Origin: Hadesarchaea archaeon
GTDB taxonomy: Archaea > Hadarchaeota > Hadarchaeia > Hadarchaeales > Hadarchaeaceae
Direction of reading: 5' to 3'
NCBI GenBank assembly: GCA_029259175.1
Contig: JAPDJH010000018.1
Span: 5,747-69,746, forward strand
Length of the DNA: 64,000 bases
Shown: in pieces, positions 28,153 to 36,867 of the stretch
Position numbering within the stretch: the stretch's first letter is position 1
Layout: each line of letters opens with the position of its first letter
Notes under the pieces: generated by a model
What the model was told of the DNA's origin: nothing
What the model saw: only the letters and a program-made list of their open reading frames with translations
Databases searched by the model: none
Program-made: the position numbers and the translations under genes

Positions 28153-28902
28153 GTGGTGAGAAAATCCCTGGTGGCGAGCGCGGTAGTAATCCTGGCTGCT
28201 GTAATCTTAAGCGGAGCATTGGAGTGGGTTCCACATGAAAAAGAGTCAGAGCTCTATTATCCCGAGACCTCCGCGCCTCCTGTTCTTGAGTTTGAGTGGG
28301 GCCCTCCACCTCTCATCTTGGATCCCGAAAACTCCGAAATCTACTCCTGTGGCCATCCCAGTGTGAACCCGGAGACGGGCGAGCTAAATCAGGAAATGTC
28401 GATCTTCTTTGTTCATAGGAGCCGTGACCCCATCTATGCTTTCTGTGATGGTGTGGTCACCTATCTCGTAGAGTGGGAAAACTTTGAGGATGCGGCTGAA
28501 CCGGGGCTGGGAGGCGAGATATGGATAAGATACGGGAAAAATTATGCCATAGGATATCGACACGTTGTCACTGCGGGGCTGAACCTTGCTAAGGGTATGA
28601 TTGTTAAAACAGGCGATATAATAGGGTACGGAGCCGATTTGAAGCTCCAACACCCGGTGGAGAACAAGATAGAAAACGGTCAATTCTTCGAATTCGTTTT
28701 GGTCGAACGAGCGGATGGACATTATTACTATCTAAATCCGTTCTATTTCTTTGACGATGAATCGCGAACAAAACTGGTAGAAATCTGGAACGCCGCTATT
28801 CGCAGAGAGGGAATGGAAAACACTCCTTGGGGAGAAAACCAGAAGTTCAGCAGTATGGGAGGAAATCTTGAGATACCGTTCAAAGCTGGATTTGCTGATT
28901 AG
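28153..28902 (+). CDS. Membrane-anchored/secreted hypothetical protein with a degenerate M23-peptidase-like region
   Basis: N-terminal hydrophobic segment (VASAVVILAAVILSGA). YRHVVTAGLNLAKGMIVKTGDIIGYGAD resembles the M23 hybrid motif, but the HxH is not conserved. Confidence 0.35.
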   Translation: MVRKSLVASAVVILAAVILSGALEWVPHEKESELYYPETSAPPVLEFEWGPPPLILDPENSEIYSCGHPSVNPETGELNQEMSIFFVHRSRDPIYAFCDGVVTYLVEWENFEDAAEPGLGGEIWIRYGKNYAIGYRHVVTAGLNLAKGMIVKTGDIIGYGADLKLQHPVENKIENGQFFEFVLVERADGHYYYLNPFYFFDDESRTKLVEIWNAAIRREGMENTPWGENQKFSSMGGNLEIPFKAGFAD

Positions 28903-28939
28903 TATTTATAGGATAAAGATGTAGGCATCCGAGGGTGGA

Positions 28940-30310
28940 ATGAAGAAGAATGTGGTGATCATTGGAGCTGGACCAGCGGGGCTCTTCGCCGCCCGCGAAT
29001 TATGCCAGAGATCCGATTTTTCCGTTACGGTTGTGGACTGGGGGCCAGATATCAAGGATCGCAAGTGTCCGGCCGTTGAGACCGGGACGTGTATTGGGTG
29101 TCGGCCCTGTAACATCATGTGTGGTTTGGGGGGTGCCGGAGGAATGTCTAGTGGAATTCTCAATCTGCGATACGACATCGGGGGAGATCTGAGTGAACTC
29201 GTCGGTAGTCGCGGTGCTGCGGATGCGCTGGTAAAAGAGGTGGATCAAATATTTTTGGAACATGGGGCGCCTCGGGAAGTTTCTGGAACCGATATCGACG
29301 GGATTGCGGAACTCAAACGAAAGGCAGCGGCAGCGGGGATTTCGTTCATCCCTATCGTTCAGCGACACATCGGAAGCGAACACCTACCAGCCGTGATCAC
29401 CTCATTTCGCCAATGGCTGGAAAAGCGCGGAGTCAGATTTTTGCTGAACACCAAAGTAAACCAGATCAAACCGGGAAGAGTGATAGCCAACGGTCGCCCC
29501 ATTGATGCTGATTATATAATTGCTGCTCCGGGAAGAGTCGGTGCGAAGTGGTTTGCTGAGGAAGCCAAGCGGCTCAATGTGAAATTGCGGCACGGCCCCA
29601 TCGACATTGGAGTGCGAGTTGAAATCCCCGCTGTAGTGTACGAGCCACTGGTGTCGATAAACCGAGATCCCAAGTTCCACATCCGCACCAAAACTTTCGA
29701 TGATTTTGTCCGCACATTCTGTACGAATCCGAACGGGTACGTGATGGAAGAACGCTACGACGGGCACGTGGGAGTGAACGGCCACTCTTTGCGGGGGGTG
29801 AAATCGGAAAACACCAACTTTGCATTCTTGGTGAGGATAGAGCTGACGCAACCGGTTACTGATACAACTGCCTATGGGCGATCGATTGCGTATCTCGCAA
29901 CGACCATTGGCGGAAACCAGCCCATATTGCAAAGACTGGGTGATTTACGCGCTGGTAGACGGTCCACATGGGAAAGAATTCGGAGAAGCCATGTTGAGCC
30001 GACTCTGAAAAGCGTGACACCGGGAGACATCTCCATGGCCTTGCCCGCGAGAATAGTCACGGACATCCTTGAGGGCCTCGACATGCTGGACCGGGTGGCT
30101 CCAGGCGTAGCATCGGACTCCACCCTGCTCTACGCTCCAGAAGTAAAGTTCTATGCGATGCGGATCGAGGTCAACGAATTGATGGAAACGAGCATGCCGG
30201 GGCTCTTCGTGGCGGGAGACGGCGCGGGTCTGTCCCGGGGCATAGTGACTGCGGCCGCGACCGGTCTGCTAGCAGCAAGAGGCGTGCTCAAAAAAGCAGG
30301 GCTAGCTTAA
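28940..30310 (+). CDS. FAD-dependent oxidoreductase (Rossmann GxGxxG)
   Basis: VVIIGAGPAGLFAAREL dinucleotide-binding N-terminus, and a C-terminal GDGAG motif. Confidence 0.65.
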   Translation: MKKNVVIIGAGPAGLFAARELCQRSDFSVTVVDWGPDIKDRKCPAVETGTCIGCRPCNIMCGLGGAGGMSSGILNLRYDIGGDLSELVGSRGAADALVKEVDQIFLEHGAPREVSGTDIDGIAELKRKAAAAGISFIPIVQRHIGSEHLPAVITSFRQWLEKRGVRFLLNTKVNQIKPGRVIANGRPIDADYIIAAPGRVGAKWFAEEAKRLNVKLRHGPIDIGVRVEIPAVVYEPLVSINRDPKFHIRTKTFDDFVRTFCTNPNGYVMEERYDGHVGVNGHSLRGVKSENTNFAFLVRIELTQPVTDTTAYGRSIAYLATTIGGNQPILQRLGDLRAGRRSTWERIRRSHVEPTLKSVTPGDISMALPARIVTDILEGLDMLDRVAPGVASDSTLLYAPEVKFYAMRIEVNELMETSMPGLFVAGDGAGLSRGIVTAAATGLLAARGVLKKAGLA

Positions 30311-32392
30311 GATCCGGTCGACCGAGTAGATTCTGGCATGAAGCTTTCCTTCTTGATTATAGAACTCAGCCGTTGCCTCGAACTTGGCACCGCGTCGAAT
30401 GAGGTCTCTGGGGCCGGAGTACTCTTGGGGGATAAGCACAGAGCGCCACTTATTGTCGACAATCAGAATCGCTTTGCCCATCATGACCTTCTCAACCTCG
30501 AAAAGATAGCGCTTGGAGCCGAGAGTGCGACCAAGAGAACTTCCGGCTGGCATCAGTCGGTCGTCCTCTTTCACGATCTGTCCGCTGCCGAGAAGATTGT
30601 GAATCGCCCTCTCCACCACATCGGAAGGAACTCCATCATCGGCCATCTCCGAAACAATTTGCTGAAAATCGGCTTCTCCATGTTCCAGAATCTTTCTATA
30701 AATGTGTCTCGAGGCACGAGCAATCTCACGATTCAACCGTCTGGTTCGAAAGCGCTCCTGATCCTCAAGTTCTGAAATACTTGGCATCTCGTCGGCGGGT
30801 GCGAGTTCTTCCGGTCTCATGGGGTTGGGTTTTGGAGGCTCGCCCAATCTAAGAATGGGGTGAAGCTCCAGATTCAGTTTTCGGATTTCCCTTTTCATTC
30901 GCCTCAATTTGTGACGGCTGCTCCACAGGTAGGTTTCGTCCAAGGTCTTGCTGGCTGCAAGAATTACGACGCGGCCGAATCTCCGCCTTCCCGTGCGCCC
31001 CTTCCTCTGGATATAACGGATCTCGCTGGGAACTGGCTCATAAAATATGACGAGATCCACCGAGGGGATGTCCAAGCCCTCCTCACCGACACTGGTGGCG
31101 ACGAGAACTCTGATGTCGCCATCACGAAATCGCTCCAGAATGGCTGCCTGTTGCTCCTGTGACATGCCCGCTTCGCCCTCTTTGCTTGCTTGACCAACAA
31201 AACGCTCGGCCCGGATACCCTTCTCTTTCAATTTCTGGCAGAGGAGTCTCGAGGTCTCGCGGAAATGAGTGAAAACAATGACCCTAGAATCGGGGTTTCT
31301 GGCGAACTCCTCGGTGAGCACGCGCATGACTTTTTCCAGCTTTGGATGATCGATGCCTTCTGTGCTCAAGATCTTTTCCAATAATCCGTTTTTCCGGAGT
31401 TCGGAGATCACCGACTTGTGGCTTCGCTTGGTACTGTGCAGCAAACGCTCGACGAATTTTTTGAGTGCAAACATTCCTTGGGTTTCTAGGAGTTCTAGTG
31501 CGTGAGAAAGGGTCATTGCCGATGCCTGCAGAAGCAAGATCCCAAACAGCTCTCCCCGTTTTTCTTGATCCAGCTGTCTGGCAATTTTTTCTCCCAGCTC
31601 TATCAAATCGCTCCTTCGAACGTAGCGCGGCTTTTTTCGGATAAACCCTGTCTCGACCAACGACGACAACCTCTGCTCCAAGATCTGTTTGATTCCTTCC
31701 CGGATCTGCTGGTACGCGGGCGGCAGTTCGACGTAAACCCATTCAACACCCACCGGGGCAAGATATGATCTAACATCGGAGTCTTCCTCCGTTCTGACTT
31801 CGATGTTTTCAATATACAAAGCCCTGCAGAGCTCCAAGATGCGGGAGCGCTCGGAGCCCGGACTCGCCGTCATGGCCAGAATCATCGGATAGGGAGACTC
31901 GCGTACGTACGCCTGTGCAACTTTGGTGTAGGCATAGTTTTTCCTAGCCCGGTGGCACTCATCAAAAACAAGCAGGCTGAAATCTGAGAGGCGGAGACCT
32001 CGCTCATGATCGTTTGCTACGACCTGTGGTGTGCAGAAGTAAAGTCTGGCCTGGCTGTTCCATGCGTTCATCCGATACTGGGGCGGATTTTTACCAGTAA
32101 GAACCACCACATCCGATGGGCGCAGTCTCAAAAATTTCAGAAATGTTTGCCAGTGCTGAAGAACCAGAGGGCGGGTGGGAGCCATCACGAGGACCTTCTT
32201 ATCGGAGTAATTGTAGAGGAAATGAGCGGCGGTTATTACCGCGATGACGGTCTTTCCGAGAGCCGTGGGCAGAACCACCAACGTGTTCTTTTTGACAGCG
32301 TTGCATGCAATGCCGAGCTGGTAGTCTCTTCTTTCGATCAGATCGGTGCGCAACAACGGATTATCGAGCAAGCTCTCTGGAGAGAAATTCAT
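30302..32392 (-). CDS. hef: Hef/FANCM-type SF2 helicase with a non-ERCC4 C-terminal domain
   Basis: Helicase motifs I (LPTALGKT), II (DECH) and VI (QRKGRTGR). The C-terminal 200 aa lack the ERCC4 nuclease motif (GDxnERKx3D) and HhH2. Confidence 0.75.
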   Translation of the reverse strand: MNFSPESLLDNPLLRTDLIERRDYQLGIACNAVKKNTLVVLPTALGKTVIAVITAAHFLYNYSDKKVLVMAPTRPLVLQHWQTFLKFLRLRPSDVVVLTGKNPPQYRMNAWNSQARLYFCTPQVVANDHERGLRLSDFSLLVFDECHRARKNYAYTKVAQAYVRESPYPMILAMTASPGSERSRILELCRALYIENIEVRTEEDSDVRSYLAPVGVEWVYVELPPAYQQIREGIKQILEQRLSSLVETGFIRKKPRYVRRSDLIELGEKIARQLDQEKRGELFGILLLQASAMTLSHALELLETQGMFALKKFVERLLHSTKRSHKSVISELRKNGLLEKILSTEGIDHPKLEKVMRVLTEEFARNPDSRVIVFTHFRETSRLLCQKLKEKGIRAERFVGQASKEGEAGMSQEQQAAILERFRDGDIRVLVATSVGEEGLDIPSVDLVIFYEPVPSEIRYIQRKGRTGRRRFGRVVILAASKTLDETYLWSSRHKLRRMKREIRKLNLELHPILRLGEPPKPNPMRPEELAPADEMPSISELEDQERFRTRRLNREIARASRHIYRKILEHGEADFQQIVSEMADDGVPSDVVERAIHNLLGSGQIVKEDDRLMPAGSSLGRTLGSKRYLFEVEKVMMGKAILIVDNKWRSVLIPQEYSGPRDLIRRGAKFEATAEFYNQEGKLHARIYSVDRILS

Positions 32393-32421
32393 GTAAAATC
32401 ACCGCAGCGCACAGGGGTTCG

Positions 32422-32757
32422 CTAGAGTTCGATGACGTCTGCCTTTCCCGGTTCGCCACGCTTTTGACTCGGTGGATTTATTTTTTCGAGGGTGCCCACC
32501 AAGTTGTCGAGCTTTTGATTTGTGAAGAGTTTTCGGTAGTTCTCCAGCTCAGCCAGGTTGCGTATCAATACTCCGCGTTTCTTGGTTGGATTGCCGTACG
32601 CATCGACCGGATTTATCTCTGCAGCCAGCTTGGATGGAGACCTACGGTACCCTGGAAGCTTCATTATGAATATGCCTGGAACAGATGTTGGTTTGCGCTC
32701 CCAGTCTTTACCACTTTCCAGAAATCTGCGCAACGACTGAACCAGTTTCTCCTCCAT
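32422..32757 (-). CDS. Small basic hypothetical protein, co-oriented immediately upstream of hef
   Basis: 111 aa, Lys/Arg-rich, no recognisable motif. A 30-nt gap to hef suggests an operon. Confidence 0.4.
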   Translation of the reverse strand: MEEKLVQSLRRFLESGKDWERKPTSVPGIFIMKLPGYRRSPSKLAAEINPVDAYGNPTKKRGVLIRNLAELENYRKLFTNQKLDNLVGTLEKINPPSQKRGEPGKADVIEL

Positions 32758-32854
32758 TCAGTTCACCGCCATTCTCTACGGGGTTCTGAGATAAATAAGC
32801 GATGGCGAGGGACCATTTTTTATATCGTACTTCCAATATCTCCCCGGTCGTTAG

Positions 32855-34054
32855 ATGAAAAAAACAATCGTGGTTGTTCTATTCGGACTTTTGATGACGA
32901 CGGGCGGGGCGCATGCCGACGAATGGCTTCAATACAAATTCGCTCCGACTCGCAACGGATATTCGGAAGCAGGAATGCCAGAAACCCTCCAAATCGCTTG
33001 GAGTTTTAGGAAGGATGGATGGTTCTCATCCCCCGTTGTTGAAAAATTGTTGGTTTTCGTCGGATCGGAAGACGGGAAACTCCGAGCACTTTACGCGTAT
33101 AATGGGAAGACAGCGTGGGAGCTAGAGGTCGGGGCGGAAGTCTATTCTCCCGCGCTTTTCGCAGGGCGCTTGTACTTCGGAGCCGCTGACGGGATGATTT
33201 ACTGCGTGGACGCCGAGACTGGAGAGAATGTATGGAGATACCGCACTGGCGATGCGGTAAGGGCTTCTCCGCTCGTTGTTGACAACCGGGTGATAATCCC
33301 TTCTACTGACAACTGGCTGTACGTGCTCGACGCTTCCACTGGTGGGTTGCTGTGGAAGCTGGATCTCGGAAGCATGAGCACTTCTTCGCCAGCACTGTAC
33401 GAGAACACCCTTTTTGTTCCCACGTGGGCGGGGAAGGTGTATGCATATGACCGCTCCCAATTCGGCCTGCGATGGGTGAAGCAACTGGGAGAGCCGGGTA
33501 TGCTTGAAAACTATGCAATAGTAACCACCCCTGCTGTGGGAGATGGGATTCTCTATGTAGGGTCTAATGATCGGAGAGTTTATGCGTTGACGGTGGATGG
33601 AGAAGTGGTGTGGTCATTCTCCGCAAACGAAAAGCCGAGCGATCCGGTTACGGACAACCAGCGGGTATATTTCGGAACCCGGAGTGGCACGTTCTATGCG
33701 CTAAACGCGGAAACGGGTGAGCTCGTGTGGTCTGTGGACTGTGACGGGCCAATTCTTTCTTCCCCTACGGTTACGGACCAACATGTGGTCTTCGGCACGT
33801 CTAAAGGCAAGTTGTATGTGGTGGACAAACAAAATGGTCAAGTCATTGGAAGCACCAAATTGGATTCGATCATCTCGGAGCCCGTGCTGGCCTACAACAA
33901 GATCTTTGTTGCTGGCGATGGTGTGCTCTACTGCTTGGGGAGCTGGGGGAAAACGGGAGAAACCGGTGCTGAACAGGGTTGGATCTACTTGGGAATTGCC
34001 GCCCTGCTCTTTTTAATCCTTTTAGGGCTAAGCCGTGTGAAACCAGAACGATGA
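32855..34054 (+). CDS. Secreted PQQ-repeat beta-propeller protein with a C-terminal membrane anchor
   Basis: Signal peptide MKKTIVVVLFGLLMTTGGAHA. Repeated ...YA..G...W....G....SP.. PQQ-like blades. C-terminal hydrophobic helix plus a basic tail. Confidence 0.7.
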   Translation: MKKTIVVVLFGLLMTTGGAHADEWLQYKFAPTRNGYSEAGMPETLQIAWSFRKDGWFSSPVVEKLLVFVGSEDGKLRALYAYNGKTAWELEVGAEVYSPALFAGRLYFGAADGMIYCVDAETGENVWRYRTGDAVRASPLVVDNRVIIPSTDNWLYVLDASTGGLLWKLDLGSMSTSSPALYENTLFVPTWAGKVYAYDRSQFGLRWVKQLGEPGMLENYAIVTTPAVGDGILYVGSNDRRVYALTVDGEVVWSFSANEKPSDPVTDNQRVYFGTRSGTFYALNAETGELVWSVDCDGPILSSPTVTDQHVVFGTSKGKLYVVDKQNGQVIGSTKLDSIISEPVLAYNKIFVAGDGVLYCLGSWGKTGETGAEQGWIYLGIAALLFLILLGLSRVKPER

Positions 34055-34066
34055 TAGACTGACGGA

Positions 34067-34101
34067 GCCGCGAGGATTTGAACTCAACCTGCGGGTTTCG
34101 C
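34067..34101 (-). repeat. Degenerate copy of the tRNA-Trp 3' half (att-site remnant)
   Basis: gccgcgaggatttgaactcaacctgcgggtttcgc aligns to 41165-41200, the T-arm to anticodon-stem region of tRNA-Trp. Same orientation, about 75% identity. Does not fold as a tRNA. Confidence 0.55.
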
Positions 34102-34153
34102 TGACCTAGGATAAAGCCGTCAGAGAAAGGTCTACCCGGACTCCATGCAAGTC

Positions 34154-34177
34154 GCAAGGATTTGAGCCGGGTTTTGC
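34154..34177 (-). repeat. Second degenerate copy of the tRNA-Trp T-arm region (att-site remnant)
   Basis: gcaaggatttgagccgggttttgc against gccaggatttgaacccgggtttgc (41168-41191), about 85% identity, same orientation. Confidence 0.55.
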
Positions 34178-34181
34178 TAGC

Positions 34182-34574
34182 TTATCCAAATCTCGGTTTC
34201 AAAATCTGAAAGTAAATGAGGGCGGGAAGGCCCCACGTGATGAACCACCATCCACAAGAGACTAACATGCCCCCCACACTCTCGCCGAACTGCCCACCCA
34301 GCAAGTCCCGCAGCCATTCAGGCTTCGCATAGAGGTACTCCATAAAAAGCATCCCCGTGAGCAAAGAAAGAATTCCCATCCGCTTGGGGGTCAGCTCACT
34401 TAAGAAGAAAACGGCGCAACCAATAAGATTGAACACCACATAGTCTCTCACGACTCCGCTCACCGTTTTCTCTTCAGGAACGGGAATAAGCATCTCCAGC
34501 GGAACGTTAAAAAGCAACGCTGTGAGCATAAAAATTCCTAGAATTGCGAAGAGTTTTTCCGCCGATTTCAACAT
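34182..34574 (-). CDS. Small multi-pass membrane protein
   Basis: 130 aa with about four hydrophobic helices, inside the putative integrated region. Confidence 0.4.
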   Translation of the reverse strand: MLKSAEKLFAILGIFMLTALLFNVPLEMLIPVPEEKTVSGVVRDYVVFNLIGCAVFFLSELTPKRMGILSLLTGMLFMEYLYAKPEWLRDLLGGQFGESVGGMLVSCGWWFITWGLPALIYFQILKPRFG

Positions 34575-34738
34575 TTCTGCCCCCGTTGTTTTTCGATTTT
34601 TGCTCTATTAACCTCACTCTCGTGCTGGTGGCGACTTGGCTCAGTGCCACAGACCTCCCAAACACCTCGGGATTTCTGAATCCGGACCAACAAGCCAGAG
34701 CTGAACTAGCGAAAGTGGGTTCGGCTGTTTCTCGTGAG

Positions 34739-34990
34739 TCATCTGCGATAGGTCTTCTTTCTGTGCCTCACGTACTGGATCTCAACCTCATTCTCACTCT
34801 TTATTTTGTAAATAATTCTGTAATCTCCGGCTCGCAGTTTCCAATATCCCTCCCAATCGCCATGGAGCTTGTGCCCTGCCCGGATATCATCGAAAAGTTC
34901 ATCAATTGCGACTTCTATTCTATAACGAACACTTTTTGGAAGCTTTTTTATGTCTCGCATTGCCCTTCGCGTAAACGTGATTTTTATCAT
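34739..34990 (-). CDS. relE: RelE/ParE-family toxin
   Basis: 83 aa. MIKITFTRRAMRDIKKLPKSVRYRI...GDYRIIYKI...VEIQYVRHRKKTYR is the RelE/StbE fold pattern. Directly downstream of the antitoxin. Confidence 0.75.
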   Translation of the reverse strand: MIKITFTRRAMRDIKKLPKSVRYRIEVAIDELFDDIRAGHKLHGDWEGYWKLRAGDYRIIYKIKSENEVEIQYVRHRKKTYRR

Positions 34991-35009
34991 CCAAAATCAA
35001 CCTGAAATT

Positions 35010-35297
35010 CTATTTGCCTCGTTTCAGCCGTGGGGGCGGGTGACCGAAGACCTCCTCATAGCTGTAAACCCTGCCGGCAGAAGAATCGGCTTGGGCCTCC
35101 CTGAGCGCTCGTAGTGCTCCGGGGTCTGCCATTTCCTCGAGCGTTGCCATTATGCTGTTGTACTCCCGAACTCCGATCACCACTGCCACCGGCTTTCCTT
35201 TTCTACTGACAACTATTTGATTCCCTTTCTCTGCCTGACGGAGAAGCTTCGGGAGATTCCGGTGGGCCTCTTTCACTCCTACAAGGTGTCTAACCAT
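35010..35297 (-). CDS. Phd/YefM-family antitoxin
   Basis: 95 aa. VGVKEAHRNLPKLLRQAEKGNQIVVSRKGKPVAVVIGVREY is the Phd/YefM signature. 19-nt spacing to relE. Confidence 0.7.
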   Translation of the reverse strand: MVRHLVGVKEAHRNLPKLLRQAEKGNQIVVSRKGKPVAVVIGVREYNSIMATLEEMADPGALRALREAQADSSAGRVYSYEEVFGHPPPRLKRGK

Positions 35298-35492
35298 GAA
35301 TACCTCTGTTCAACTATCTGTCGTTCTTGCATTTATAGGTTTGTACCTCGGTTTTAACCTTGAGACATACTTCAAAAAATGATGGGCCGCCAAGATTTGA
35401 ACCCGTATTTACGGAATCTTCAAAAACGGCTCGCGTTCAAAAGTTTGACCTCAAGTGATAAAAGCCGCGGCCGAGAAAGTGTGGTGAGAAAC

Positions 35493-35808
35493 ATGAAGAG
35501 CCCCACCAAAAAAAACACTGGCAGAGATAATCTCCATTTTAAGAAACCACAAGGCTGAACTGAGGGAAAAGTACAGGATCAAAGAAATCGGTGTTTTTGG
35601 CTCCTATGTGCGGGGGGAAGCGGAGCACACGAGCGATGTCGATATCTTGGTCGAATTTGAAGAAAACGCCGATGTTGGACTCATCAAGTTCGTGAAAATT
35701 GAAAACTACCTAAGCGACCTGCTCGGGATCAAGGTGGACTTGGTGGAAAAGAGCGCCCTAAAGCCCAAGATCGGCGCACACGTCGTGCAAGAGGTGATTC
35801 ACGCTTGA
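35493..35808 (+). pseudogene. Minimal nucleotidyltransferase (antitoxin-type) split by a frameshift in an A8 tract
   Basis: ATG at 35493 gives MKSPTKKNTGRDNLHFKKPQG*. The +1 frame from 35515 reads TLAEIISILRNHKAELREKYRIKEIGVFGSYVRGEAEHTSDVDILVEFEE..., carrying the GS..RGE..DxD nucleotidyltransferase motif. The A-run at 35508-35515 is 8 long; 7 A's would give one intact protein of about 104 aa. Confidence 0.6.
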
Positions 35809-35882
35809 AACGGGAAATCGAAGATTATCTCCGCGACATTCTCAACGCAATGGAAAAGCAAGCGAGTTCACCGCAGGGATGA
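35805..35882 (+). pseudogene. HEPN (DUF86) toxin remnant, truncated after 25 codons
   Basis: The TTG at 35805 overlaps the stop of the nucleotidyltransferase (TTGA). LKREIEDYLRDILNAMEKQASSPQG* matches the conserved HEPN/DUF86 N-terminus and then terminates. Confidence 0.5.
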
Positions 35883-35883
35883 G

Positions 35884-36138
35884 TTGCGAACACTCAAAAA
35901 CACAAATTTAAGGAAAGTGTTCCAAGTAATGATGGGAAAACACATGGCCGAATCCCTAACTCTTCAAGATCTCCAAGAAGAGATAATAAAGCTCAAAGCG
36001 GAAATTGAGAAGATAAAACGTGACTTGATTGAAAATCTCGAGCTATCTGATTGGGCAAAGAAACGCTTGAAGAGATATGAAAAAGGGAAGGAGCGGATCG
36101 TGGAGCATGAAGAAGTAAGGAGAGAAATCCTCAAATGA
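35884..36138 (+). CDS. Putative antitoxin (small helical, Lys/Glu-rich) upstream of a RelE-like gene
   Basis: The likely start is the ATG at 35944 (MAESLTLQDLQEEIIKLKAEIEKIKRDL...). Its stop TGA overlaps the ATG of the downstream toxin (ATGA at 36135-36138). Confidence 0.5.
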   Translation: MRTLKNTNLRKVFQVMMGKHMAESLTLQDLQEEIIKLKAEIEKIKRDLIENLELSDWAKKRLKRYEKGKERIVEHEEVRREILK

Positions 36139-36391
36139 GCTTTATCATCAAGTGGACCTCCGGTGCCAGAAAGACATTTTGAGCCTGGACAAAGAAGTCG
36201 CTAGGCGGATTCTGAGAAAAATTGAATCGATAACCGATTCCCCTTTTCGTTTTCTTGAACCGCTTCGGGGCCACCCGTACTACAAGCTCAGAGTCGGAGA
36301 CTACAGGGTGATTTTTGACGTCAACAGGGAGAAGAGGATTCTGATCGTAGTGGTGGTAGGACATCGAAAGAAGATTTATCGAGGACTTTAA
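36135..36391 (+). pseudogene. relE: RelE/ParE-family toxin with a possible N-terminal frameshift (or GTG start at 36152)
   Basis: The ATG at 36135 gives MSFIIKWTSGARKTF*. The +2 frame from the GTG at 36152 continues VDLRCQKDILSLDKEVARRILRKIESITDSPF...GDYRVIFDV...VVVGHRKKIYR. Joined, these give a canonical RelE N-terminus. A single-nucleotide indel lies near 36170. Confidence 0.55.
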
Positions 36392-36446
36392 TCTCGGATC
36401 ACTATCTAAACGCGCCGCTTGGATAGATCACATTAAATTAACAGTT

Positions 36447-36463
36447 CGAGTGGTGGGGCCGCC
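36447..36463 (-). repeat. Direct repeat of the tRNA-Trp 3' terminus (att core)
   Basis: cgagtggtggggccgcc matches cgaatggtggggccgcc at 41154-41170 (16/17). That stretch is the acceptor stem plus CCA of the tRNA at 41158-41291. Confidence 0.65.
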
Positions 36464-36511
36464 TACCATCTGGAATGCTCAACTGTCTCCCCGCAATCAG
36501 TCGGGCCAAGG

Positions 36512-36829
36512 ATGGAAGAAGAGGTCATCGAGGGCATCAGGGACATTCTGGAACGGCTGGCGAGGAACGAGTCCTTCAACCGGCTGGTACGGGAGTACTT
36601 CCGCATCTTGGCCCAGCCAGCGCTGAGGCGCGAACTCAAGGCCTCCAGAGCGTTCGAGGGATTCTCGGACGTCACGTGGTTCGCCCACCGGCTGGGCAGG
36701 TGGCGGACCAAGGGGGCGCGGGAGTGCCTGTCGCTACTCAGGCGGATCCACGAGAGCGTGAGGCGATTCGGCGTCGTCACGACGATGGATGCGCTGATGG
36801 AGGTGATGAGAAAGACAGAGCTGAGATAA
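36512..36829 (+). CDS. Hypothetical helical protein in a GC-rich block
   Basis: 105 aa with a regular helical-looking sequence. Local GC is above 60%, unlike the surroundings. No recognisable motif. Confidence 0.3.
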   Translation: MEEEVIEGIRDILERLARNESFNRLVREYFRILAQPALRRELKASRAFEGFSDVTWFAHRLGRWRTKGARECLSLLRRIHESVRRFGVVTTMDALMEVMRKTELR

Positions 36830-36867
36830 GCGCTGTCAATTTATTACCTAACGCACAATATGAGAAT

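Noticed and set aside
34060-34181. Two ggatttga(a/g)c-containing segments that looked like minus-strand tRNA genes
   Set aside because: Neither can form a T-stem around the TTCAAAT loop or a complete acceptor stem. They align instead to the 3' half of the neighbouring tRNA-Trp as degenerate copies, so they are reported as att-site remnants, not tRNAs.
36451-36463. Concern that the 13-nt exact match to the tRNA 3' end is a chance repeat
   Set aside because: Random 13-mer pairs are expected within 64 kb. A match to this one specific 13-mer has an expected frequency of about 0.002, it extends to 16/17, and it coincides with a compositional boundary. It is therefore kept as a finding.
36475-36867. 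N-terminal 130 codons of the 401-aa ORF 36475-37680
   Set aside because: Gly/Arg/His-rich read-through of a GC-rich segment that happens to be in frame. The AT-rich gene more plausibly starts at the TTG/GTG near 36868.
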